From the IMG/VR virus record IMGVR_UViG_3300017911_000967, positions 32,942-96,941 of that record: a stretch of 64,000 nt of DNA; one strand, given 5' to 3'. This DNA comes from a virus. Taxonomy: Duplodnaviria > Caudoviricetes. The notes below the pieces were generated by a model. It saw nothing but the letters and a program-made list of their open reading frames with translations. It searched no databases and had not been told where the DNA came from. Position 1 is the stretch's first letter. Each line of letters begins with the position of its first letter. Made by a program: the position numbers and the translations under genes. Shown here one piece after another: positions 31,213-42,127 of this stretch.

Positions 31213-34200
31213 ATGGCATTTAGGCAGATTAAATCCCCAGCATTAGCGGACAAGGCGGTAATCGATACCAAACTTGACGAAAGTGCGGTACAGGGACAAT
31301 CAACCCTTACAGGTATGACCGACCCATCATCGTGTTTTACACTTCTGTATGATGTAGCTTCGGACTCTCTAAAGAAGATCGGTGCTGATGCATTCTTCGC
31401 ATCATTCTCAACCGACGATCTAGCAGAAGGTTCAAATCTATACTACACCGCAGAACGTGCAAACGCTGATGTTGCTGCACAAATCGACGCAGATGTTCAA
31501 GTCGAAACAAATCGTGCGATAGCCGAAGAAGGTCGTATCGAATCAGAATCTAAGTCACGTGACAATAAGTTAGAAGGTCAAGATTCTGCATTAAGTAACC
31601 GTATCACAAACGAAGTAAATCGTGCGGAAAGTGTAGAAACTCGTATCGAAGACGAATCTAAGCAACGCGACAGCGCACTTGGTGTTCGTATCGACAACGT
31701 CCTAAACAACACGGACGAAGTTGCACTTAACTCTCTTGCAGAAATCGTTACTGCGTTCCAAAACGCAGATAGTGCACTTTCTGGTTCTATCATCCAGAAC
31801 GCTAATGATATCGTCGCAGAACGCGAACGTGCAGTTGCTCGTGAGAACCAGATCGAGACAGAATACCGTCTTGCAGATAGCGCACTAAGCGATCGTATCA
31901 TCGAGCGTAAGAACGCAACTGACAGTGATTTCACTCACTTCACACTTGCTGATCAAAATCTACAAAACCAGATCACGTCTAACGATGGCGACATCGCTAC
32001 ATTGTTCGCACAGGATTCTGCTGAAACGCAACGCGCTTCAGATGAAGAATCTCGTATCGAACAAAAACTTAATGAAGAAATCGCACGTTCTAAGGGCGTT
32101 GACTCAGCTCACAGTGCACAGATCACCGCTGCTAACCAAGCACGTGTTGCAGACGACAACGTTGTTCGTTCAGAGTTCGCTGCTGCTGACCAAGTAATCA
32201 AAGCTCAAGTAGAAGCACGTGACGACGCACTTATCGGTGACGCAAGTGTTGACGGAACTTCTGGAAACACAATCACCGATCGTATCGCAACTGCAAAAGC
32301 AGAAGCAATCCTCGAAGGTAATGATGTTGTTGCATTCGAGAACCAACAACGTCGTAACGCAGATAGTGATCTACAAGCACAGATCGATGCAGAAGTTGCT
32401 CGCGCAACTGCAGCAGAAGACGCACTGGGCGATCGTATCGATTCAGACTACACTGCTAACTGGGCAGACCACGCGGCAATCCGTGAAGAGTTTGCTGCTG
32501 GTGACGCAAACCTACAGTCTCAGATCGACTTCATCACATCTAACACAGACTCCGCTGCACTAGATTCTCTAACAGAGATCGTTGCAGAAGTTGCTCGTGT
32601 AGATGGAACAGTAAACGCATTGATCCAGACTAACGTCGGTGACATCGAAGCAGAACGTCTAGCACGTATCGCTGCTGACAGTGCATTGAGTACTCGCATT
32701 GATATCGAAGTATCTACACGTCGTGCTGGTGACTCTGCAGCTAACAAGCGTATCGACGACGCAATTCTAGATTACATTGCTCGCGATTCAGATGTTCTAT
32801 CATCTGCAAAAGCATACACAGATCAAGAAGCAGACGCACACCAAGCTGCTGGTGAAGAGTACACACGTCAGTATGTAACTCCACGCATCGGTGACGCAAC
32901 TGTCGACGGAACTGCTGGTAACACAATCACAAACCGCATCACCACTGCTAAGTCAGAAGCGATGACATACGCAGCGGGTCTAGATTCAGACGAACGCGCT
33001 CGTGCGACGACTGCTGAAGGTCTACTAAGTGGTCGCGTTGGTCACGTCGAAGGTCTACTAGACTCAGCGACATTCGAAACTGTTGCACAAACAGTTGTCC
33101 CAGCGATCAACGAACTACACGGTGATGCAGTATCATACGATCTACAATCGAAAGACCGCGACACTGCTCTTGGTCTTCGTATAGACCTACTAGAAGACGG
33201 AACTTCAATCGACGTTGAAGATCTAAATATTCGTCTTGGTATCGAAGAAGGTGTTCGTGAACGCGCTGACTCAGATCTACTTGCACGACTAATCGTTGAA
33301 GAGAACCGTTCTAAACTAGAAGACGGTCAACACGATTCGGACATTAGTGCTCTAGGTCTTGTCACTAGTGGTATCCGTGGTGATCTAACGATCGAAACCA
33401 CTACTCGTATCGACGAAGACACTATTTTACGTAACCGTATCGCTGCTGACAGTGATCGACTAACACTTCTAGATTCACAAGCTCACGTCCGTATGGATGT
33501 AATCTTGGCAGGAAGTGTAGCAAAAGATTCAGATCTACAATCACAGATCAACGCAGAAGTTGCTCGTTCAACCGCGAAAGATTCTTCACACGATTCTGAC
33601 ATCGCAGTACTATACAACCAAGTTGGTACAGATGTACAAGATCTACAGGATCAAATCGATGCCGAAATCGAACGTGCGACAGGTGTAGAGTCTAATCTAC
33701 AATCACAGATCACTTCAAACGATGGCGACATCACTGCACTACAAGCGAAAGATTCTGATCTACAAGCTCAGATCTCTTCAAACGACGCAGACATCTTTGC
33801 ACTACAAGCGAAAGATTCTAACCAGCACGCTACTGCAATGCAAGCGATCGCTGACGAAACACTTCGCGCTACTGGCATTGAAACTGGTCTACGTTCGGAT
33901 GTAGATAGTGCACACGCACGTATCGATCACATCCTAGACGGTTCTTCAACTGATCTAGATCAGATGCTAGAAATCGTCAACGCATTCCGTGACGCTGACA
34001 ATGACCTAGATGGTGTTATCACCAACAACACTGGTCGCATCACTACACTAGAGAATCGTGCAGACGAAACTGATGACGAACAGGTTATTCAGGATGGTCG
34101 ACTAACTTCACTAGAAGGTCGCATGACTGCGAACGAAGCTGTCGATTCAGATCAGTCAGTAACTCTTGGTGATCACGAATCTCGCATCACAGCGAACGAA

Positions 34201-36723
34201 ACTCGTATCGGTGATAAGTCACTTGTATTGAAGACTCCTTCACAGTCACTGTCTGAAGCAATCAACGATCTATACGACGACATCACAGCAGAAGGTACTT
34301 CTCTTGTTGGTGTAACTGATCGTGTTGAAGTTCTAGAAACTCGCGCTGATGCAGATTCAGACCTACAGGTTGTTCAAAATGCACGTCTAGATTCTGCTGA
34401 AGGTCGTTTGACTGTAAACGAAGGCGACATCGACGCACTAGAAACTAAGATGGGTACTGTTGCACTGGATACAACTGCACAAGCAGTACGTCCAGCAATC
34501 AACGAACTACACACTCAGATAGATAGCAACACTTCACGTGTTGGTGTCGTAGAGGGTCGTGCAGACGTAACTGATATCGAACAGGCTGCACAGGATGCAC
34601 GTCTAGATTCACTAGAATCAGATCGCGCATTCAACATCATCAAAGATACACAACAAGACACACGTCTTGATGGTCTAGAAAATCGTGTCGATATGGACAC
34701 AGTCTTCCAGACATCTGCAAACAAAGTTGTTCCAGCAATCAACGAACTGAAAGGTCGTCTTGATGCCGCTGATCAGTTTGCACAAGATGAGAAGGTGCGT
34801 CAAGATCAAGATTCTGATCGTCTAACGACAGAAATCGCTACTCGTGCGCAAGAAGACTCTGCACTTGAAGGTCGTCTAAACGGTCGTATCGATTCAGCAG
34901 AGAACAAGATCGCTGGGGACATCTCAGTATCTCTTGCAGAAGCAAAGGCATACACACGCGAATACGCAGATGACGCTGAGTCAGATGCACGTGCATATGC
35001 ACTTGGTTTGGTCTCTCAGGAGAACGAAGCACGTATTCTCAACCAGCAAGCTCAACGTCAGTTGATCGATGGTAACCACGAAATCGGCACACAGAGAGAT
35101 AACGCACAAGACCTACTAATCTCGGGTCTACAGTCAGAACTAGATGCAACTCAAGTGGGCGCTGGTCTAGGTCCAGATGGTGAATATCTAACTCCAGATT
35201 CTTCATCAACATACCTACAAGCAACTACTTCATTGATGAATGCGATCCTTACTCTTGATACTAACCTTGCGACAGTATCTGGTGTAAACAACAATGGTCG
35301 TAACAGTCTGCAACAACAGATCAACAATGAAATCACTGCTCGTCAGAACGGTGACTCAGATCTACTTGCACGTCTAATCGCTGAAGAAGTTTACACTAAG
35401 GCACAAGATTCTGCAATCAACGGTCGTATCGACAACACGAACACAGCACTTGCACGAGAAGTTGCTGATCGTCTAGCAGGTGATTCTGATCTACAAGCAC
35501 AGATCGACTTCATCACATCTAACACAGACTCTGCTGCACTAGATTCTCTAACAGAGATCGTTGCTGAGTTCCAACGTGTAGATGGTGGTCTATCTGGTCT
35601 AATTTCTGCTAACGCTGCAGAGATTGTCCGTGTAGAAGAGGAATCTAAGGAACGCGACTCTGACGAAGAAGCTGCACGTATCGCTGGTGACGCTGCTCTA
35701 CAAACTCAAGTAGACGCACGTGTCAAGAAGGCTGGGGACACAATGTCTGGTGACCTAGACATGACAGGTAACATGGTTACAGGTCTTGGTGTTCCAGTTG
35801 AAATGTCAGATGCGACAAACAAAGCATACACAGACGCACGTCTTGCTGAACAGCACATTTCGCAGTTCACTACAGACAGTCTAACTGAAGGAACACGACT
35901 ATACTTCACAGAGGCACGTGCTCGCGCGGCAGTCTCGGTGTTTGATGTAGACGGAGAAGGTGACGTTTCTTACGACGCTAACTCTGGTGTTATTTCAATC
36001 GCAACAGGTAAGAAGTTCGTAGAACTAGAAGATGTCGTAACATCTGAAATCACTGACAATATGGGCGGTTTCGTTGCTCGTGTCAAGACAGATGGTACAG
36101 GTATCGAACTAGTTCCACCAACACAACTAGCATTCAACGACGCTAAGCGCCAGACAATCAACGGTGACGGAATCGCGAGTACATTCTCACTAGATTTCTA
36201 CACTGCACAGATCAACGCTCTAGTATTCGTCGGTGGTGTTATTCAGGATCCGGGCGTACACTACACAATCAACTCAGGAACGCAAGAAATTACGTTCACA
36301 TCTGCGGTACCACTAGGTACACAGGCGGTAGTAATCGCACAGTCAACTAACTCAGTTGGTGTCCTAGATCCTAAGTCAGTAGGTGTTGAAACACTTGCAG
36401 ATAACCTAAAGGCATTCGAACACGGTCTAGACGTAGTTGCTGGTACTTCACCAACAGTCGTCTCTTCATTCGATCCAACAGTATATCGTTCTGCGAAGTA
36501 CGTTATCACTGTAGAACAGAACGGTGAGTTTGAGACTCGCGAGTGTATGGTTGTCCATGATGGAACAAGTGCTTACATTACCGAATACGGTATTGTCTTC
36601 ACAGGTTCTTCGTTACTAGGTGACACAGATGTACGTTTCATCAACAGCAATGTTGAACTAATGTACACTACTGAGTCTGGTGACGCAGTTGTTTCAGTTG
36701 CGGTAACTTACGTTAACGTATAA
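31213..36723 (+). CDS. Giant coiled-coil fibre protein (1836 aa), Asp-Ser rich
   Basis: Heptad E..RA...E/D..LQ.QI repeats, LDSLTEIV knots, DA.NK.Y.D motif, C-terminal YRSAKY.I....EYG domain. Confidence 0.8.
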   Translation: MAFRQIKSPALADKAVIDTKLDESAVQGQSTLTGMTDPSSCFTLLYDVASDSLKKIGADAFFASFSTDDLAEGSNLYYTAERANADVAAQIDADVQVETNRAIAEEGRIESESKSRDNKLEGQDSALSNRITNEVNRAESVETRIEDESKQRDSALGVRIDNVLNNTDEVALNSLAEIVTAFQNADSALSGSIIQNANDIVAERERAVARENQIETEYRLADSALSDRIIERKNATDSDFTHFTLADQNLQNQITSNDGDIATLFAQDSAETQRASDEESRIEQKLNEEIARSKGVDSAHSAQITAANQARVADDNVVRSEFAAADQVIKAQVEARDDALIGDASVDGTSGNTITDRIATAKAEAILEGNDVVAFENQQRRNADSDLQAQIDAEVARATAAEDALGDRIDSDYTANWADHAAIREEFAAGDANLQSQIDFITSNTDSAALDSLTEIVAEVARVDGTVNALIQTNVGDIEAERLARIAADSALSTRIDIEVSTRRAGDSAANKRIDDAILDYIARDSDVLSSAKAYTDQEADAHQAAGEEYTRQYVTPRIGDATVDGTAGNTITNRITTAKSEAMTYAAGLDSDERARATTAEGLLSGRVGHVEGLLDSATFETVAQTVVPAINELHGDAVSYDLQSKDRDTALGLRIDLLEDGTSIDVEDLNIRLGIEEGVRERADSDLLARLIVEENRSKLEDGQHDSDISALGLVTSGIRGDLTIETTTRIDEDTILRNRIAADSDRLTLLDSQAHVRMDVILAGSVAKDSDLQSQINAEVARSTAKDSSHDSDIAVLYNQVGTDVQDLQDQIDAEIERATGVESNLQSQITSNDGDITALQAKDSDLQAQISSNDADIFALQAKDSNQHATAMQAIADETLRATGIETGLRSDVDSAHARIDHILDGSSTDLDQMLEIVNAFRDADNDLDGVITNNTGRITTLENRADETDDEQVIQDGRLTSLEGRMTANEAVDSDQSVTLGDHESRITANETRIGDKSLVLKTPSQSLSEAINDLYDDITAEGTSLVGVTDRVEVLETRADADSDLQVVQNARLDSAEGRLTVNEGDIDALETKMGTVALDTTAQAVRPAINELHTQIDSNTSRVGVVEGRADVTDIEQAAQDARLDSLESDRAFNIIKDTQQDTRLDGLENRVDMDTVFQTSANKVVPAINELKGRLDAADQFAQDEKVRQDQDSDRLTTEIATRAQEDSALEGRLNGRIDSAENKIAGDISVSLAEAKAYTREYADDAESDARAYALGLVSQENEARILNQQAQRQLIDGNHEIGTQRDNAQDLLISGLQSELDATQVGAGLGPDGEYLTPDSSSTYLQATTSLMNAILTLDTNLATVSGVNNNGRNSLQQQINNEITARQNGDSDLLARLIAEEVYTKAQDSAINGRIDNTNTALAREVADRLAGDSDLQAQIDFITSNTDSAALDSLTEIVAEFQRVDGGLSGLISANAAEIVRVEEESKERDSDEEAARIAGDAALQTQVDARVKKAGDTMSGDLDMTGNMVTGLGVPVEMSDATNKAYTDARLAEQHISQFTTDSLTEGTRLYFTEARARAAVSVFDVDGEGDVSYDANSGVISIATGKKFVELEDVVTSEITDNMGGFVARVKTDGTGIELVPPTQLAFNDAKRQTINGDGIASTFSLDFYTAQINALVFVGGVIQDPGVHYTINSGTQEITFTSAVPLGTQAVVIAQSTNSVGVLDPKSVGVETLADNLKAFEHGLDVVAGTSPTVVSSFDPTVYRSAKYVITVEQNGEFETRECMVVHDGTSAYITEYGIVFTGSSLLGDTDVRFINSNVELMYTTESGDAVVSVAVTYVNV

Positions 36724-36743
36724 TCGAGACTTACATAATAGTC

Positions 36744-36766
36744 GGGGGGAGAATCAGTCTCCCCCC
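36744..36766 (+). terminator. GC-rich hairpin between the two coiled-coil fibre genes
   Basis: GGGGGGAGA-ATCAG-TCTCCCCCC; no strong T tract, so it may be a processing/stabilising hairpin. Confidence 0.45.
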
Positions 36767-36796
36767 AATCAACCAAAATTCTAAAAGGTAAACAAA

Positions 36797-39583
36797 ATGT
36801 CTACAAATAAAAAGTTTAGAATACAGAACGGCGTTGACGTAGCGGATGGTGGAATTTCGATCAACGACGTAACTGTAATCGGTGCAGACGGTAAGGTTGT
36901 ACCTGCCGCGATCGCTGATGCTGTCGCTGGTCTGACATCTTCTGATATCGCAGACCTACAGGCTCAAGTAAGTGCAATTCTGGGAACTTCTCCAGAGACA
37001 CTTGATACACTACAAGAAATTGTTAATGCATTCCAAGATGCAGACAACAACTTAACACAGGCAGTTGCTGATAACACTGCGGCACACACTGCAAACACTG
37101 CGGCAATCTCTGATGAAGAGACTGCTCGTATCGCGGGTGACGCAACAGTCCAAGCGGCAGTTGATGCAACTAACGCACGTACTGCTGGTATCAGCACTTC
37201 TTCAGGTTCATCTAACATCCAGATGACTGCTGAAGTTGACATGGACGGTAACGCAGTTACTAACATGGCAGATCCAACTGCGGCACAAGATGCGGCAACT
37301 AAGGCATATGTCGATACGGCAACTACTCTAGTTGCTGGTGATGGCGTTTCAGTTAACAATGACACTAACACAGTTGCACTAGATGGATCTTCGATCTCAC
37401 AAGATCTAGTACCATCTGAGGATAACACCTATACTCTAGGTTCTCCAGATAAGGTATGGAAGGATGTGTTCATCGGTCCAGGCTCTCTATACATCGGTGG
37501 TCAGAAGGTTATCGAAGATAACTCTGGTACGATCACGATTAACGCAGATCCAAACCAGAATCTAACAGTGCAAACTGCTGGTACTGGTAATGTTTCAGTT
37601 CAAACAACTGGATCAGGTAGTGTTAACATTGATGCAACAACAAACACAATTGATCTGAAGTCAGATGTCGTTATCACTAATGGTAAGACAATCAGCACAA
37701 CTGGTGGTAATGCTACTAAGTTTGGTGGTGATGTTGATATGGACGGCAACACAGTAGGTAATGTTGCTGATCCTGTTGCTGATCAAGATGCTGCTAACAA
37801 GCGATTCGTTGAGTCTTTCGTCAATACTCCTCACTCAGGTAGCAAGACGTTTAACAATGACGTTGTAATCTCTGGTGATCTAACAGTTCAAGGTACTACT
37901 ACAACTGTAAACAGTGAAACAATTAAACTTGCAGATAACTTGATTGACTTGAACTCAAACATGACTTCAGGAACACCAACTGAAGCAGGTGGTATCCGTG
38001 TCATGCGTGGTGATGAAGCAGCTGCTCAACTACGTTGGAACGAAACTTCTGATCAGTGGGAAACATATAACGGTTCTGCATACACTAAGATTGCACTAAA
38101 CACAGGTGATCTAGCAGAAGGTTCAAACCTATACTACACTGAAGCACGTGTAGATGCAAACGTTGATCCAAAGATTGCTGCTGAAGCATCTGATCGTCAA
38201 GTTGAAGATGCTAGACTACAAGGCAACATCGAAGCTGCGGAAGTAAGAGTAGAAAACTCAATAAACGTTGAGACTGCTCGCGCTGTTGCGGTAGAGGGTT
38301 CTCTACAGTCACAGATCGACTCAGTATCATCTACTGGTGTAAATGGTCGTCAGGCACTACAAGACGCGATCGACGCGGAAGAAGCTGCACGTATCGCTGC
38401 TGACGCGGTTCTACAAGCGAACATCGATGCAGAAGAAAGTGCTCGTATCGGTGGTGACGCTGCTCTACAGTCTAACATCGACACAGTATCTGCGGCAGTA
38501 TCTGCAATCACTAACGGTTCACCAGAAACACTGAACCAGTTGACAGAACTAGTTGCTGCATACGAAAGTGCTGACGAAAGTCTACAAACTCTGATCGATA
38601 ACCTAGGCGGTGACGCATCTGCTCTAACAGCACGTGTATCAACCCTAGAATCAGAGATGGATGACACAGAGACTCTGACTGCAACTAACGCATCTGCGAT
38701 CTCTGCGGAAGCAACTGCTCGTGCAACAGCGGATACAAGTCTATCAAACGACATCGCTGCAGAAGCAAGTGCTCGTGCAACAGCAGTCTCTGCTGAAACA
38801 AGTGCTCGTCAAACTGCGATCACCAATGAGACTAACGCTCGCATCCTTGCGGACAACGGTCTACAGGCACAGATCGACGCACTAGACACTTCAGTCGGTG
38901 GTGATGTTACTGATCTACAGGCACAGATCACGTCTAACGATAACGATATTGCTGCTCTACAGTCTCGTGCTGGTACAATCGAAGCTGATTACGCAACACA
39001 GGCATCACTGAACACAGAAATCGCACGTGCGACTGCTGCTGAAGGTGCTAATGCAACTGCTATCTCGAACGAAACAACTCGTGCGACTCAGGCCGAAGCT
39101 GCGATCGCTAATGATCTTGCACAAGAGATCCTTGATCGTCAAAACGCAGATGCAGCACTACAAAGTCAGATCGACTTCATTGAATCGAACACTGACGCTG
39201 CGGCATTAGATTCTCTAACAGAGATCGTTAGTGCATTCCAAGCGGCAGATAGTTCTACACTAGGTGTTGTTACTTCTAACACATCTCGCATCTCTGCACT
39301 AGAAAGTGGTGTAGTTGCAATCGAAGCATGGAATACCGATAACGTAGAAGAAGGTCAGGTCAACCTATACTTCACTGAAGCACGTGCGAAGGCATGTGTT
39401 GGTGCAGACGCAGGTTCTTGCATAGACTACAACCAGACTTCTGGTAAGTTCTCACTAGATCTATCAGAGACTGCCGTTGCTCTAGTACCAGACAACTCAT
39501 CTAACGCGGACAAACTAGACGGACAACACGGTTCACACTACCGTATCGATGTCTACGATGTCAACGGCACTGTTGTCAACTAA
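36797..39583 (+). CDS. Coiled-coil fibre protein (928 aa), paralogous modules to 31213-36723
   Basis: PETLDTLQEIV, DPTAAQDAATKAYVD, GDLTVQGTTTTVNS, LAEGSNLYYTEAR, NADKLDGQHGSHY motifs. Confidence 0.8.
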   Translation: MSTNKKFRIQNGVDVADGGISINDVTVIGADGKVVPAAIADAVAGLTSSDIADLQAQVSAILGTSPETLDTLQEIVNAFQDADNNLTQAVADNTAAHTANTAAISDEETARIAGDATVQAAVDATNARTAGISTSSGSSNIQMTAEVDMDGNAVTNMADPTAAQDAATKAYVDTATTLVAGDGVSVNNDTNTVALDGSSISQDLVPSEDNTYTLGSPDKVWKDVFIGPGSLYIGGQKVIEDNSGTITINADPNQNLTVQTAGTGNVSVQTTGSGSVNIDATTNTIDLKSDVVITNGKTISTTGGNATKFGGDVDMDGNTVGNVADPVADQDAANKRFVESFVNTPHSGSKTFNNDVVISGDLTVQGTTTTVNSETIKLADNLIDLNSNMTSGTPTEAGGIRVMRGDEAAAQLRWNETSDQWETYNGSAYTKIALNTGDLAEGSNLYYTEARVDANVDPKIAAEASDRQVEDARLQGNIEAAEVRVENSINVETARAVAVEGSLQSQIDSVSSTGVNGRQALQDAIDAEEAARIAADAVLQANIDAEESARIGGDAALQSNIDTVSAAVSAITNGSPETLNQLTELVAAYESADESLQTLIDNLGGDASALTARVSTLESEMDDTETLTATNASAISAEATARATADTSLSNDIAAEASARATAVSAETSARQTAITNETNARILADNGLQAQIDALDTSVGGDVTDLQAQITSNDNDIAALQSRAGTIEADYATQASLNTEIARATAAEGANATAISNETTRATQAEAAIANDLAQEILDRQNADAALQSQIDFIESNTDAAALDSLTEIVSAFQAADSSTLGVVTSNTSRISALESGVVAIEAWNTDNVEEGQVNLYFTEARAKACVGADAGSCIDYNQTSGKFSLDLSETAVALVPDNSSNADKLDGQHGSHYRIDVYDVNGTVVN

Positions 39584-39608
39584 TCCAAGTTCTTAGAACT
39601 TTGATGAA

Positions 39609-39635
39609 AGGGGGAGTCTTCGGACTCCCTTTTTT
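39609..39635 (+). terminator. Rho-independent terminator
   Basis: GGGAGTC-TTCG-GACTCCC + T6; identical stem at 51278. Confidence 0.88.
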
Positions 39636-39640
39636 ATGTC

Positions 39641-39662
39641 TATAAATAAAATCGTATAAATA
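39641..39662 (+). promoter_or_regulatory. Tandem T4-type late promoters (TATAAATA at 39641 and 39655)
   Basis: Two exact consensus copies upstream of gp13. Confidence 0.8.
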
Positions 39663-39695
39663 GAGAGACACACACGTAACTTCGAGACACATTAG

Positions 39696-40463
39696 ATGTA
39701 CGCTACTGACAGAGAAGAACTAATCGAGTATTGCCTACGTGCACTGGGGCACCCAGTCGTAGAGATCAATATCGACGACGAACAATTAGATGATCGTGTT
39801 GATGAGGCACTCCAATGGTTCCGTGAGAACCACCCAGACGGGTCGAAGAGATACTATCTCAAACACCAACTAACGCAACAGGACATCGACACACAGACCG
39901 TAGATCTACCGGATGACCTTGATTTGACTGCGGTGGTACGTATGTTACCAGTCACCCTATCGAACTCTCAGGGGTGGTTTAGTGACGCGTGGCAGTACCT
40001 ACAGTATACCATATCGGACTTCACTCGTGCAAACGGTGTGTTGGGCGATCTGGCCTACTACGAAGGTATGCAACAACAACTATCACTGCTTGATATGAAG
40101 TTGATGGGTCAACCACAGATGACCTTTGATCGACAGTACAATCGTGTGAATCTACTTGTTTCTAAAACGAAACTAACAGCGGGAGACTTCGTCGTGTTCG
40201 AGGTCTATGGTATTCGCAGTCCGGACGATACGGTATCCGAGTACAACAATCTATGGAATCATCGCTTCCTAAAAGAATACACAACCGCACTGATCAAACG
40301 TCAGTGGGGTATCAACCTAATCAAGTTTGACGGTATGCAGTTGCCTGGCGGGGTCACTATCAATGGTCGTCAAATCTATGATGACGCAATCGCAGACATC
40401 GACAAGATCATGGAGAAGTTCCGATTGGAAGAGGACGAAGGTCCAATGTTCTTTATGGGGTAA
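39696..40463 (+). CDS. gp13: Neck protein gp13
   Basis: REELIEYCLRALGHPVVEINIDDEQLDDRVDEALQ; ALIKRQWG.NL.KF.GMQLPGGVTING. Confidence 0.95.
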   Translation: MYATDREELIEYCLRALGHPVVEINIDDEQLDDRVDEALQWFRENHPDGSKRYYLKHQLTQQDIDTQTVDLPDDLDLTAVVRMLPVTLSNSQGWFSDAWQYLQYTISDFTRANGVLGDLAYYEGMQQQLSLLDMKLMGQPQMTFDRQYNRVNLLVSKTKLTAGDFVVFEVYGIRSPDDTVSEYNNLWNHRFLKEYTTALIKRQWGINLIKFDGMQLPGGVTINGRQIYDDAIADIDKIMEKFRLEEDEGPMFFMG

Positions 40464-40466
40464 ACC

Positions 40467-41348
40467 ATGGCGACTAATCCATATATCAGTCAAAAGAACC
40501 GATCCGAACAGAGTTTGTATGAGGACTTGATTATCGAGTCCATCAAGTTCTACGGACAAGATGTCTACTACCTACCGCGTGAGATCGTGGAGAAAGAGGA
40601 CATCTTCCTAGACAGCATCCAGTCTCAGTTCGGTGACGCATATAAGGTCGAGGTTTACGTCGAGAACTCAGAAGGGTTCGACGGAGAAGGAGACATCTTT
40701 ACCAAGTTCGGTATTGAGATCCGCGACCAAGCCACCTTTGTCATCGCACGTCGTCGATGGAGAGAACTAGTCGGTGATCGTCTTGCGGATGCGCAGTTCC
40801 GTCCACGTGAGGGTGACGTAATCTACCTACCCCTATCAGAGTCACTATTCCAAGTGATGAAGGTCGAGACCGAAACTCCATTCTACCAGTTGTCTCAACT
40901 TCCTACGTTCCGTATGCAGTGTGAGTTGTTCGAGTTCTCAGATGAAGACTTCGACACTGGCATTCCGGACATCGACAATGTCGAGGTCGAGGGTGCGTTC
41001 CAGTATGAACTACAAATGCCACCTTTTGTGGAGGGAGATGAAACTTACTATCTTGTTGGCGACGACGTTCAACAGGTATTCGACGACTACATACTAAATG
41101 GTGAAGTCACTTCATGGAACAGTGATACTCGCATGTTGAAGATCGCACACACAGGTGCGACCGATGGTAAGTATCACGAGTGGACGACGGATCGTCCAGT
41201 TGTAGGACCATCTGCACATATGACCCCAGAGTCTATCTACGAGAATGTAAATATGATACAGGTTGATGCGCAAAATGAAATATTCAATAATTGGGAAGAA
41301 GACTTCCTTGATTTCAGTGAGTCGAATCCGTTTGGAGATATAATCTAA
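40467..41348 (+). CDS. gp14: Neck protein gp14
   Basis: EQSLYEDLIIESIKFYGQDVYYLPR, RPREGDVIYLP, PFYQL, DFSESNPFG. Confidence 0.95.
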   Translation: MATNPYISQKNRSEQSLYEDLIIESIKFYGQDVYYLPREIVEKEDIFLDSIQSQFGDAYKVEVYVENSEGFDGEGDIFTKFGIEIRDQATFVIARRRWRELVGDRLADAQFRPREGDVIYLPLSESLFQVMKVETETPFYQLSQLPTFRMQCELFEFSDEDFDTGIPDIDNVEVEGAFQYELQMPPFVEGDETYYLVGDDVQQVFDDYILNGEVTSWNSDTRMLKIAHTGATDGKYHEWTTDRPVVGPSAHMTPESIYENVNMIQVDAQNEIFNNWEEDFLDFSESNPFGDII

Positions 41349-42127
41349 TGATGGGCGGACACTTTTATCACAAACGTGTGCGTACATGTGTTGCGTTGTT
41401 CGGATCTATGTTCGACGACATGCACATACTGCGAACCGCAGCGGACGGTAAGGTACTGTCTCAGGTCAAGTTGCCTCTGACATATGCGCCGCGTAGGAAC
41501 TTCATCTCGCGACTAGAGGAGATGAGTAAGGGAGAACAGTCCGAACGTAAGGTCGCACTGAAGTTGCCACGTATGTCTTTTGAAATCGTGTCAATCGCAT
41601 ATGACGCACCAAGGCAGTTACCGAAGATCAATCAGGTGAGTGTCGCCAGTCAAGGTGATGGAACTCGAAAGGATGTGTTCTGCGGTGTCCCTTACAAGGT
41701 CGGATTCGAACTGAATATCTACGCGAAGTCTCAGGACGACGCACTACAAGTGGTCGAACAGATATTACCATATTTTGCCCCTCAGTATTCTCTGTCGGTC
41801 AAACCTTTCTCCGACTACCCAGAGATCAAAGAAGACATCCCGATCACTCTGACAGGGGTCAACTTCTCTGATGACTTCGAGGGTCCAATCGAACAGAGAC
41901 GAACTATCATATACACTCTATCCTTTGATATGAATGCGAACTTCTACGGTCCTGTAAAGACAGGCGTGGAGATCCGCGAAGTAAATACAGAACTTAATGC
42001 CATCGTTTCAGATGCGGGAGATACAGATTTCCTAAGTAATGTACGTGTGACACCAGATCCGATCGACGTAAGTCCAGACGGAGACTTTGGTTTTAATATA
42101 GAGATAACCGATGACAGACAGTCATAA
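41348..42127 (+). CDS. gp15: Tail sheath stabiliser/completion protein gp15
   Basis: HFYH..R..VALFGSMF, LPRMSFEI, DDALQVVEQILPYF.P, RRTIIYTLSF. Confidence 0.95.
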   Translation: MMGGHFYHKRVRTCVALFGSMFDDMHILRTAADGKVLSQVKLPLTYAPRRNFISRLEEMSKGEQSERKVALKLPRMSFEIVSIAYDAPRQLPKINQVSVASQGDGTRKDVFCGVPYKVGFELNIYAKSQDDALQVVEQILPYFAPQYSLSVKPFSDYPEIKEDIPITLTGVNFSDDFEGPIEQRRTIIYTLSFDMNANFYGPVKTGVEIREVNTELNAIVSDAGDTDFLSNVRVTPDPIDVSPDGDFGFNIEITDDRQS

